Below, piece by piece: positions 21,179 to 29,606 of a stretch of 64,000 nucleotides of DNA. This DNA comes from Flavobacteriales bacterium (GTDB lineage: Bacteria; Bacteroidota; Bacteroidia; Flavobacteriales_C; CBFIFL01), in assembly GCA_965661855.1 (NCBI GenBank), contig CBFIFL010000001.1, positions 20,182 through 84,181 on the forward strand, written 5' to 3'. The notes beneath the pieces are model-generated. The model saw only the letters and a list, made by a program, of their open reading frames with translations. It did not search any database and was not told where the DNA came from. The position numbers and the translations under genes are program-made. Numbering within the stretch: position 1 is the first letter of the stretch; each line of letters starts with the position of its first letter.

Positions 21179-22180
21179 ATGAGAAATTTATTAATTATAA
21201 TAGTTCTGTTGTTTCCATTACTAGGAAGCTCACAGCAATGGGTTCAGGTTTGGTCAGATGAATTCGATGGTACTGCATTGGATTTAACTAAATGGGAACA
21301 TGAAATTGGAACAGGTAATTGGGGATGGGGTAACAATGAACTTCAATATTACACTAGCAATTCTAATAACATTTATCTTGATACAGGTTATCTTCACATT
21401 GTTGGTCGTCAGGAGCAAGTAGCCGGCTCATATTATACTTCTGCACGAATAAAAACTCAAGGTAAATTCGATTTCCAATATGGAAAAGTAGAAGCTAGGA
21501 TTAAGATCCCTTCTGGTCAGGGATTATGGCCTGCTTTCTGGATGCTTGGCTCAAACATAACGACCGTAAGCTGGCCTATGTGTGGAGAGATTGATATTAT
21601 GGAGCATGTAAACAATGAGCTAATGATACACGGAACCATTCATTACGATATGTGGGGACACACATATGAGGGTACACATGTATATACTGACGCATCAGAT
21701 TGGCATACTTACTCTATTGAATGGGATCAAGATGAGATTCGATGGTATCTTGATGAAGTAGAGTTTAATTCAACCAATATTGGAACAGGATCTGTTTCAA
21801 GAGAGGAATTTCATAATCCATTTTTCTTGCTTCTAAATCTTGCAATAGGTGGTAATTGGACCGGTAGTCCTGATGGTTCAACCAGTTTTCCTGCAATGAT
21901 GCAGGTTGATTATGTACGTGTTTATCAAGAGAGCAATAGTTTAAATGAGAATAAGGCAGAACAAACACTCACTGTTTCTCCAAATCCATCAGCTGAGTCA
22001 ATTACAATTTCATCAGATTTAAATCTGACTGAGTATACTGTTTACAATTTACAAGGTAAAAAGTTGTTTAGTGGAAATAATACAATAATTGATATTTCAT
22101 ATCTTGATTCTGGGATGTATCTCATTGATGTTAAACTCGAAACAGGTCAACAAATTAGAAGTTCTTTCATCAGAGAATAG
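21179..22180 (+). CDS. GH16 family endo-beta-1,3-glucanase (laminarinase) with T9SS C-terminal sorting domain
   Basis: GH16 catalytic motif GEIDIMEH (ExDxxE). Signal peptide. C-terminal sorting domain (LTVSPNPSAESITI...GMYLIDVKLETGQQIRSSFIRE). Confidence 0.85.
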   Translation: MRNLLIIIVLLFPLLGSSQQWVQVWSDEFDGTALDLTKWEHEIGTGNWGWGNNELQYYTSNSNNIYLDTGYLHIVGRQEQVAGSYYTSARIKTQGKFDFQYGKVEARIKIPSGQGLWPAFWMLGSNITTVSWPMCGEIDIMEHVNNELMIHGTIHYDMWGHTYEGTHVYTDASDWHTYSIEWDQDEIRWYLDEVEFNSTNIGTGSVSREEFHNPFFLLLNLAIGGNWTGSPDGSTSFPAMMQVDYVRVYQESNSLNENKAEQTLTVSPNPSAESITISSDLNLTEYTVYNLQGKKLFSGNNTIIDISYLDSGMYLIDVKLETGQQIRSSFIRE

Positions 22181-22220
22181 TTTGAGATATTATAAGAGGT
22201 CAAATTCAGTTGTTTTACTG

Positions 22221-22254
22221 TGGTTTAAACTATTAAATCTAGCGGTTTAAACCA
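22221..22254. terminator. Perfect 10-bp inverted repeat (TGGTTTAAAC-N14-GTTTAAACCA) between convergent genes. Probably a bidirectional terminator.
   Basis: Seen directly in the sequence. Flanked by a T-run on the left and an A-run on the right. Confidence 0.45.
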
Positions 22255-22282
22255 GAAAAAGATATAACGGGTGAAGATGTGC

Positions 22283-23530
22283 CTATTTCAATTTCAATGC
22301 TCCCCATAATGATGGAGAAAGATGAAATCCGCCTTGATCTCCACTGTTCCATCTCAATTGAGTCTGTCGACCATTATTCGTTCCTAAATCAATCGCTATC
22401 TCCATATCAATTATGGATCCTGACGCAGGCGAGAAGTTTCTAAAAGCATTAAAAGGTATTGCTATTTCTACTATGTACCCACTATCAATAGCTTTGAAAG
22501 CTATTTGCGCATTCTCAATTTTTGAGTCTGTTTTCCAGTTCCACATATATGGATTAACTCCACAGTTAACTCCTACGTGCTGATCACTGAGCAATAAATA
22601 AGGTCTTGTAGGATCAGCAGAGGGATTTGTGGAAAAAGCAATTTCAACAGCGTCTCCGTTCCATAAATTGCTCCCTTTTTGATCATTTTGACGAGGTGTT
22701 TCATCTTTTGTTTTAAAAGCTATGTATAGATTCTCTTCATTATATGCTATGGAAAACTCCTGATCTTTTAGCATTTGAAAATCTCCTTTCCATTCCGAAA
22801 TATCACCATCAACCTTAATATTTTGGACTTCTGCCGAAACCTCTTTTCTACCTCCTCCTGAAAAGGGAATTAACTTGATTGATTTGATTTGAATTTCTCC
22901 TTCAGCGAAAACTTGAATCAGTAATTGTTTAATATTAGAAGCATCTAATTTGTAAGCTTTAATAGGGAACTTACTCAATGGAATTTGAACTTTAGTCCAT
23001 TCTGCTGAAATAGATTCCTCTTGTAGAAAAGCAATATCATATCCCAGCCATGCTTGGGTTCCGCTATAATCCTCTAAGCAAAAAGCCCATGGTATATTGG
23101 TAAAGTTTTCACCTGTAGATCGAACAATCAATTCAATGGCTAAAGTGTCGATAACATAATTTAAATCTTTTCCTTTCCATCCATCCCAACCAAAGCCCAT
23201 TCCAACCCAGTCGCATCCATTTTGATCACTATTCCATTTAACATTCAAAATATTTTGAACATCATCTTCTAGTAATTTACCGGAAATACATGATACACTT
23301 TCGGTTGACCAGAAGTCTATAAGGCTTCCGTCAAAAATGTCTAATTTTGTAAAACCACGAATATTGTATTCTTCTTCGTATTCTCCATGATATAATCCAA
23401 GCTTTTTTATTCGGATTTTTTTATCAGAGTTACGCTCTTTATTTAAGTCAAGAGTGTCCTGCGCCACGATTGTTAATGTGGAAATTAGAAAAGCTAAAAG
23501 CAATTGTACTTTATGGTTGAAGTGGTGCAT
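22283..23530 (-). CDS. Secreted hypothetical protein (415 aa), possibly carbohydrate-binding. Last gene of the five-gene minus-strand operon.
   Basis: Signal peptide. Trp/Gly/Asp-rich beta-type composition. Overlaps the upstream gene by 20 nt. Confidence 0.5.
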   Translation of the reverse strand: MHHFNHKVQLLLAFLISTLTIVAQDTLDLNKERNSDKKIRIKKLGLYHGEYEEEYNIRGFTKLDIFDGSLIDFWSTESVSCISGKLLEDDVQNILNVKWNSDQNGCDWVGMGFGWDGWKGKDLNYVIDTLAIELIVRSTGENFTNIPWAFCLEDYSGTQAWLGYDIAFLQEESISAEWTKVQIPLSKFPIKAYKLDASNIKQLLIQVFAEGEIQIKSIKLIPFSGGGRKEVSAEVQNIKVDGDISEWKGDFQMLKDQEFSIAYNEENLYIAFKTKDETPRQNDQKGSNLWNGDAVEIAFSTNPSADPTRPYLLLSDQHVGVNCGVNPYMWNWKTDSKIENAQIAFKAIDSGYIVEIAIPFNAFRNFSPASGSIIDMEIAIDLGTNNGRQTQLRWNSGDQGGFHLSPSLWGALKLK

Positions 23531-24491
23531 TCTCTGTAAATATTATGTAATCTAAACCTGATTTTGCAAACCCTGAAGAAGGATCGGCAAGATGCAAGAA
23601 ACTTACTTTGTTTAATTTATCCGGATCAAAATTTCCATTACCATTTCCTCCGCCGTCTAAGTCTGAGTATTTAATTGAAATCAATCTCCATCCTTCCCAA
23701 TCGATCGGGAATTCATAGGAATATTGGTCTTCTGATTGAACATCAAAACTACCATCCTCATTTTCATCCTCATCAAAGCGGAATTGAGCCAATGTATTTG
23801 GAAGTCCGGATTCACCGTAAACAAGGGCGTTAAAATATAGGTTATCACCGTTGCTTGAAAGAGGTAGTGTTGTCTCTCCATATGCACTGGCATTGAAATC
23901 AATCAAACCAATAAGCCAGTCCCAATTTACAGTTCCTTGCATGTTATAATAACCATCATTTTGAGGAGCTGCAGCGTCAGTTTTAATACTGAAATCCATG
24001 TTCGCTCCTGATTGAATAAATGTAGACCAGCCATTGTTCCAACCTGATTCAAAATCTGCAACTACAAAGCCGTTATTAACTTTAGGTTGGTCTATAATTA
24101 CTGTTGTTAACAAGGTGTCTGTTTCTCCTTCAAAGGATAGCATTATATCACATGTCTCCGCTCTAAAAATCGGGAAGTATGTGGTACTTCCATTCCATAG
24201 AGTATTGACTTCATCTAAAACTTTACTCGTCCCAGAAATGATTTTCTGAGATCCACTGATTTGACCAGTTATCGTTAATTCCCAATCTACTATTTTAGTG
24301 AGTTCACAATTAAAGTAAACATCTTGACCTCCAGCAAAATCTACGCTGGTTTGACTCGCACTTAGAGTGGTTAATATTCCAAAATCTCCATATACATCAT
24401 AAAGATCGGGACCGTCAATTTTATCATCTGCCCCTTTTCTACAGGAAATCAGGACGGTTACTATTAAAATAAAGGATAAGTACTTTTTCAT
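23511..24491 (-). CDS. Lipoprotein, hypothetical (326 aa)
   Basis: Lipobox (VLISCRKG). Tight spacing within the operon. Confidence 0.5.
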   Translation of the reverse strand: MKKYLSFILIVTVLISCRKGADDKIDGPDLYDVYGDFGILTTLSASQTSVDFAGGQDVYFNCELTKIVDWELTITGQISGSQKIISGTSKVLDEVNTLWNGSTTYFPIFRAETCDIMLSFEGETDTLLTTVIIDQPKVNNGFVVADFESGWNNGWSTFIQSGANMDFSIKTDAAAPQNDGYYNMQGTVNWDWLIGLIDFNASAYGETTLPLSSNGDNLYFNALVYGESGLPNTLAQFRFDEDENEDGSFDVQSEDQYSYEFPIDWEGWRLISIKYSDLDGGGNGNGNFDPDKLNKVSFLHLADPSSGFAKSGLDYIIFTENAPLQP

Positions 24492-24495
24492 CGCA

Positions 24496-26187
24496 TTAAA
24501 ATTTCATCACATAAAAAATAGACATTTGATTAAATGTATATGGATTATCAACTACAAAAGTGTTAGTGTTACTCTCATACATTGCTGCTAGATATGCTTT
24601 TTTAGAAAAATCAAATCTCAATCCACTAGCTATATTTAATTCATTTCCATCTACAATAAAGTCGTTGTAATTTATAATTACATCATCGGCATTTCTGTCT
24701 GGTAATTGGTCCTTTCCCGTTGCTTTCATTAGGAAGAGATTACCCATTATAAATAAGTCGTCGATCAACTCTGCTTCTAGACCGAAGTTGATCAATGTTG
24801 AAGTTAGGTCAACATTTTGGAAAGTAAATTCACCATTTCTTGTTGTTTGTTGAAGAGTGACGCCTAACTGAGCATTTAACTCTTTTTTTCCTCCCCATAG
24901 TTTATTAGCATGAAGTGCTCCGTTCATGTTCGCTATCAGGAAAGATTTTAGATTTGTTGTTCCTTGGCCACGTATTTCAGATAGGTAGTATAATTTACCA
25001 TTTGTTTCAAAGATTTGTTTTTTATCAGAGTAATTAACCCCCATATAGGCACCTCTTCTGTTAAAAGTTGCAATTCCAAATGGGAGAGCATTATTTACGG
25101 CAGGATTATAATCCATAACACCAACTGAAATACCTTGATTTATTAAATTAGGGTCATTGTACATGTCGAACATTGATACAGGTCTCAAAATCTGTGAGTT
25201 TGTATAACGATTATAAAAACTATTTTGTTGATTGAAATTTACCCGTCGTGATTGAGCTCCAAAGCTTCTAAAATCAGGACCGTTATCCATATATCCAAAA
25301 TTGAAATTCAATCTTAATTTCTTTAAGTTCAAATAAGCACGTGTATGAACGAAATAGTCTGAAAGCTCTTTTTCAGGATAGAGGCTTTCAGAGGTAATTC
25401 CAATACCTGATTCGCCATCTAACCCATAAGTGAATTGCTCATTTTCAAATTGGAAATCGTAAGTAAAGGTACTTACGTTATTATTATAAATATTGCTATC
25501 TATTGCTGTTCCAGCTAAATCGAATACACTCACATGATTCAGACCAAGCTTAACATTTTCACCTTGGTTTATCACCATATTTCCTCCACCATAAAGTCGT
25601 TCTAAAATACTATTCAAATCAGTTGGATTAAGTCGTGAAATGAATCCATTGAATTCAATTTCGTCAATTATTTTAGGGAACTGCAAAGCGAAATTAACAG
25701 AGGCTCCTTGTTGACGCCATGTATTATTACTATAAAATGATTCATAATTTAAAACATCTTCTTTGATTTTCAGCACGCCTAATGAAGAGGTAAGGAAATC
25801 AGTATTGTGATTATAAAATGTATATGGTGTTAATTTGTAGTCAATATTTCCAATATGATAGCGCACTACATCCGCTGCAACGCCTCGAACATATAATTGA
25901 CGAACATCAAAAGATACACTACCACCCCAGAAACCTCCAAAAGCATTGTTAATCCTAAACATTCCCAAAACTTCCGTTTTTTGATTTGGATTAATTTTGA
26001 TCCCAAGGTCAAGTAAAGCGTAACCTCCAGATGATTTTGGTGCTGTAATAGAATCATTTTCAGTCATGAATTTTGAATTCGTAACCTGTGATCGTGCACC
26101 GCCAATAAATTGTACTTTCTTGCCTTGCTGCGAAAAAGCAGAAGTTGAGCACATAAACGTTAATATGATAATTGAAATACTTCTCAT
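24496..26187 (-). CDS. Predicted outer-membrane beta-barrel protein (563 aa), family unknown (porin-like)
   Basis: Signal peptide. Alternating amphipathic beta-strand composition rich in Y/N/G/F. C-terminal aromatic residue (…YVMKF). Adjacent to the next gene with zero spacing. Confidence 0.5.
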   Translation of the reverse strand: MRSISIIILTFMCSTSAFSQQGKKVQFIGGARSQVTNSKFMTENDSITAPKSSGGYALLDLGIKINPNQKTEVLGMFRINNAFGGFWGGSVSFDVRQLYVRGVAADVVRYHIGNIDYKLTPYTFYNHNTDFLTSSLGVLKIKEDVLNYESFYSNNTWRQQGASVNFALQFPKIIDEIEFNGFISRLNPTDLNSILERLYGGGNMVINQGENVKLGLNHVSVFDLAGTAIDSNIYNNNVSTFTYDFQFENEQFTYGLDGESGIGITSESLYPEKELSDYFVHTRAYLNLKKLRLNFNFGYMDNGPDFRSFGAQSRRVNFNQQNSFYNRYTNSQILRPVSMFDMYNDPNLINQGISVGVMDYNPAVNNALPFGIATFNRRGAYMGVNYSDKKQIFETNGKLYYLSEIRGQGTTNLKSFLIANMNGALHANKLWGGKKELNAQLGVTLQQTTRNGEFTFQNVDLTSTLINFGLEAELIDDLFIMGNLFLMKATGKDQLPDRNADDVIINYNDFIVDGNELNIASGLRFDFSKKAYLAAMYESNTNTFVVDNPYTFNQMSIFYVMKF

Positions 26188-28089
26188 TTAAAAGAATATT
26201 TTTAATTCAACAGTAGTTTCTTTTCCTTTATATTGATCTAGTTCAAAACTATAATCACGGTAGTTTATCCATCTGTGTCTGATGTATAAACCGGTATTAC
26301 GCGACATTTGTATATCTAATCCTAAAGCATAGCTTATTCCTTCTTGATTTTTTGGGGCTAGAGAAAGGGTGTTTAGCTCAGTGTTGTCCCCTCCATATAT
26401 TCTGTCGTATCCGAGATAATGGCATAGGACTATATTTTTAGACAGCGAGTAGTATAGATCAAGTTGATGATTGTAGCTCTGTAAATAAGCCTTTTTCGAA
26501 TACACTGGTAGAACTGAAAAGTCGCGCTGAACCGTATGGAATCCTCCTAAATAGAAGAACATTAATTTTCTATTGAAAACTTTTGTAAATGTTTTAAAGC
26601 TAACTTCCACTGAATTAAATCCTTTAGCCGAAACAGAATCGGTAATTAGCATAGTTTCATATACACCACGATAGATTTTGCTGATGTTTTGGTATGGTCC
26701 AACACCACTTGGGAAACCCCAACGCCAGAATCTTGAAAGTGCTAAGTTGTTTGCAGGGTGACCATATGTTATTCGATCTGAAATTCCTTCAATTTCCTTT
26801 GCTGCACTATATCCGATCGTCAATTTGCTTCGTCCTAACTTTAAGTCAGTATTAAGAATGATTCCTTGACGGTTATTAGTCATTTGTCCAATAGTTGTTT
26901 GAGAGCTTGCAAAAGGGAATAGCAAAGGAGCCTGACCTGGGTCTTGTTGAGCATATTGTTGTGAATACTCTTGAATAGAAGTATTCCAGAAAATACCATT
27001 ATTATTAAGTACTCTTGGACTAACTCGGAAATAACGAATTTCTATAGGAAAAGGAGTCATGGATTCCAGCAGGTTTAATTTAATATCCATAACTTCTCCC
27101 CATTGTCCTTCATGATTAGGTGAAAAATAATTACCTGATCCAAATTCTCCCGATAATTTCATTTTATTTTCAAAATTTAATTGAAATTCGGATGTAATCA
27201 TATTGAATCCAACAAGATCCTGGGCTAAACTATCCGAGTAAGTTTGATTGCGAATAGCATTAAAACTTACAAAGTTATCTTTAATGTTTTTACGGATTTT
27301 ACCACCTGTGAGCTGATTAGGTAGGGGAGCGCTACCACCATTTAATTGAGATTTTCCGTGCATGAACGCAAATGAAAAATCGTTAGGTAAACTCTGACCA
27401 TCAAAGATAAAACCATGAAAAGCCTGTTGTCCCCATCTTACATCTTGTGTTAGTGCTCCATTATTATAAAAAGTGTCATAACGCTCGAAAATGTTTTTTG
27501 TGTTAGGATCCCATGGATTACGTTCGAATAAACTGTATCTATTATATCCTGTATTAGAAGAGAAGGTTAACGGAGAAAGCTTATACCAGTGAATCCCTCC
27601 TGTTTTTACACTAAAGGTTCCGTATTTTGTTGAGTGGGATCCATCTAGGTTAATTCCGAGTAAAAGACCTTTAACGTAGCTTTCATCATCCCCCGTCATA
27701 GGGTTCCATAAATACAAGTCAGTTGAAATTGAGGTGTTTTTTGACGGGCTTATCCCTAACGTTAAGCTCAATTCGGGCAGGTTACTATCATCTCCGATAA
27801 ATACAGTGTTTTTTACGCTTCCCATTTCCGGATATAATTTACTCATTGAAGTGTATGCTCCTAAGAATCTATAATACCCGTTTACAGAAATGTTTGACAA
27901 TCCTTTTTGATAATTTTTCGGCTCAAGACCACCATTGTCTGGCTTAAACATACTTAAGTCAGAGGCAGTCTGTCCCATAGCTCCAAAAACTGACGTCAGA
28001 GCCAAAAAGATGAGTGTTATTTTAATATTCAGTTGGCTCAAGGTCTTGTATTTTAAATTTAACGTTATTAAACTCTTGTAAAGAATCAT
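26188..28089 (-). CDS. Predicted outer-membrane beta-barrel protein (up to 633 aa), family unknown. The true start is probably downstream of the listed ATG.
   Basis: Hydrophobic signal-like segment (ITLIFLALTSVFGAMG), then a beta-rich sequence ending …VELKIFF. The listed ATG overlaps the upstream GH gene by 68 nt, so a later start is likely. Confidence 0.5.
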   Translation of the reverse strand: MILYKSLITLNLKYKTLSQLNIKITLIFLALTSVFGAMGQTASDLSMFKPDNGGLEPKNYQKGLSNISVNGYYRFLGAYTSMSKLYPEMGSVKNTVFIGDDSNLPELSLTLGISPSKNTSISTDLYLWNPMTGDDESYVKGLLLGINLDGSHSTKYGTFSVKTGGIHWYKLSPLTFSSNTGYNRYSLFERNPWDPNTKNIFERYDTFYNNGALTQDVRWGQQAFHGFIFDGQSLPNDFSFAFMHGKSQLNGGSAPLPNQLTGGKIRKNIKDNFVSFNAIRNQTYSDSLAQDLVGFNMITSEFQLNFENKMKLSGEFGSGNYFSPNHEGQWGEVMDIKLNLLESMTPFPIEIRYFRVSPRVLNNNGIFWNTSIQEYSQQYAQQDPGQAPLLFPFASSQTTIGQMTNNRQGIILNTDLKLGRSKLTIGYSAAKEIEGISDRITYGHPANNLALSRFWRWGFPSGVGPYQNISKIYRGVYETMLITDSVSAKGFNSVEVSFKTFTKVFNRKLMFFYLGGFHTVQRDFSVLPVYSKKAYLQSYNHQLDLYYSLSKNIVLCHYLGYDRIYGGDNTELNTLSLAPKNQEGISYALGLDIQMSRNTGLYIRHRWINYRDYSFELDQYKGKETTVELKIFF

Positions 28090-29350
28090 CTACGTAAAAA
28101 GGTACATTCATGTAAGCAAGTTTTTCTCCATCTGTAACAAATACAAACAAACGATATCGTCCTTCAGAAGTAGGAGCTTTTAAAGTAATTTTTTCTGATT
28201 TTCCTCCTTTGATTTTTCCAGTAATTATAGGTGGTTTTCCTTCAGCATCACCTCCAGTTTTTAAATCTGTACTTTCTGGATATAGTTCCCAACGATAGGA
28301 AAGATTGTCCTTGTTTGAATCCGATGCATAAACCTGGACACTATATTTATCTCCCGGAACTAAAATAGTGTTCATTAGCTTGGAGTGTTCACCAAAAGTC
28401 AGACTGTCAATGGAGGGGGATCTTTTTTCTGGATAAGAACCTTTCCAACAGTATTGAAGAACATCAATAGCTTCAGTGGGTATCCCTTCTTCAGAGAACA
28501 AACCATACCAGGTACTCGTGTATTCTTGTTTTTGACCCCAAAGAAAAGCAAAGGACCCAATACATTGTTTCTTTTGTGAATCGATATTTTCTTGGTAGCG
28601 ACTTAGATAGGAGTTTGCTTTTGCGGTACTGGATTGTTCAACAGATGCTCCCCACATGGTCTTTTTAATTTCCCAGTGCCCTGTTGGTCCCCATTCCGTT
28701 ATCATATAAGGGCCATTGAAATTACCTTCTTTCAATACCTTTTTTACGTTAACAATATCGGCATAAGTATTTATTCCATATATGTCAACTTCGGTGAGTT
28801 CCTCCATTACAAATTTTAATTTATCTGCATTTGTCCCTGCAGTAACGGTAGATGTTGGATGATAGGGATCTTCTTCATGAATCATTTTGGCAATATCATT
28901 GACTGCTTTCCATACTTTAGTGTTTGAATAATTCAGCTCATATTCGTTTCCTATACCCCACACAAGAAGGGCAGGGTGTTCTTTATATTTTTGAACCTCT
29001 TTTCTGAATCTATCAAGTTGTGCTTTTACACGTTCTTTGTTGTTGTAGTCGAAGCCATGGCGTTCGTGTTGTACCCACAAACCTAACATTACCTTCAGAC
29101 CTTTTTTATGAGCTTCATCAAGCACTTGCTGTGCATTTTCTGTTCCCCAGGTTCGGATGGTGTTTCCTCCTGCACCTATTAATATGTCAAGATATTTATC
29201 ACCTCCGGCGCCTTTAATGAAGTAAGGCTCATCATTTACCATCAGTTTCCAATTGCCATCTTTTTCGTTTATACTAACCTTGCATACTTGAGTATGCGAA
29301 TTAACACATATAAACATAAGGGCTAGTAGGTATACAAAGTTTTTTATCAT
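28022..29350 (-). CDS. TIM-barrel clan GH-A glycoside hydrolase, GH158-like (candidate endo-beta-1,3-glucanase)
   Basis: Signal peptide. GIGNEYEL has Glu at residue 136 and MITEWGP has Glu at residue 219, matching the acid/base and nucleophile positions of clan GH-A. Length 442 aa, with a beta-rich C-terminal domain of about 100 aa. Confidence 0.6.
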   Translation of the reverse strand: MIKNFVYLLALMFICVNSHTQVCKVSINEKDGNWKLMVNDEPYFIKGAGGDKYLDILIGAGGNTIRTWGTENAQQVLDEAHKKGLKVMLGLWVQHERHGFDYNNKERVKAQLDRFRKEVQKYKEHPALLVWGIGNEYELNYSNTKVWKAVNDIAKMIHEEDPYHPTSTVTAGTNADKLKFVMEELTEVDIYGINTYADIVNVKKVLKEGNFNGPYMITEWGPTGHWEIKKTMWGASVEQSSTAKANSYLSRYQENIDSQKKQCIGSFAFLWGQKQEYTSTWYGLFSEEGIPTEAIDVLQYCWKGSYPEKRSPSIDSLTFGEHSKLMNTILVPGDKYSVQVYASDSNKDNLSYRWELYPESTDLKTGGDAEGKPPIITGKIKGGKSEKITLKAPTSEGRYRLFVFVTDGEKLAYMNVPFYVDDSLQEFNNVKFKIQDLEPTEY

Positions 29351-29372
29351 CTAACAATCGTCTAAAAATTAG

Positions 29373-29393
29373 TTATTGTAAAATATACAATAA
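29373..29393. promoter_or_regulatory. 21-bp perfect palindrome TTATTGT-N7-ACAATAA (candidate operator, site 3 of 4)
   Basis: Sequence ttattgtaaaatatacaataa, 23 bp upstream of the GH158-like start on the minus strand. Confidence 0.55.
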
Positions 29394-29559
29394 TATGTTG
29401 TTTTTTCATAAATTAAAATATGATAATATTACCTTAGAATAAAAAAGGTTACTGTTATCAGTATAAATTTTTATAAATAGATTGCCATTAAAGTTTCATT
29501 TCAAGGAATAAATTAAACGCTTGATAATTTATTTATAAAACACATTTTTCTTACATTAC

Positions 29560-29580
29560 TTATTGTAACATCTACAATTA
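29560..29580. promoter_or_regulatory. 21-bp palindrome TTATTGT-N7-ACAATTA (candidate operator, site 4 of 4)
   Basis: Sequence ttattgtaacatctacaatta, 27 bp upstream of the SSS transporter ATG. Confidence 0.5.
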
Positions 29581-29606
29581 GATAACCAATAACAGACTAT
29601 AAATAC

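Noticed and set aside
22283-23530. Assigning the 415-aa secreted protein to a specific CBM family (CBM9-like)
   Set aside because: Only a vague resemblance (DGDISEWKG). Insufficient to call without an HMM search, so left as hypothetical.
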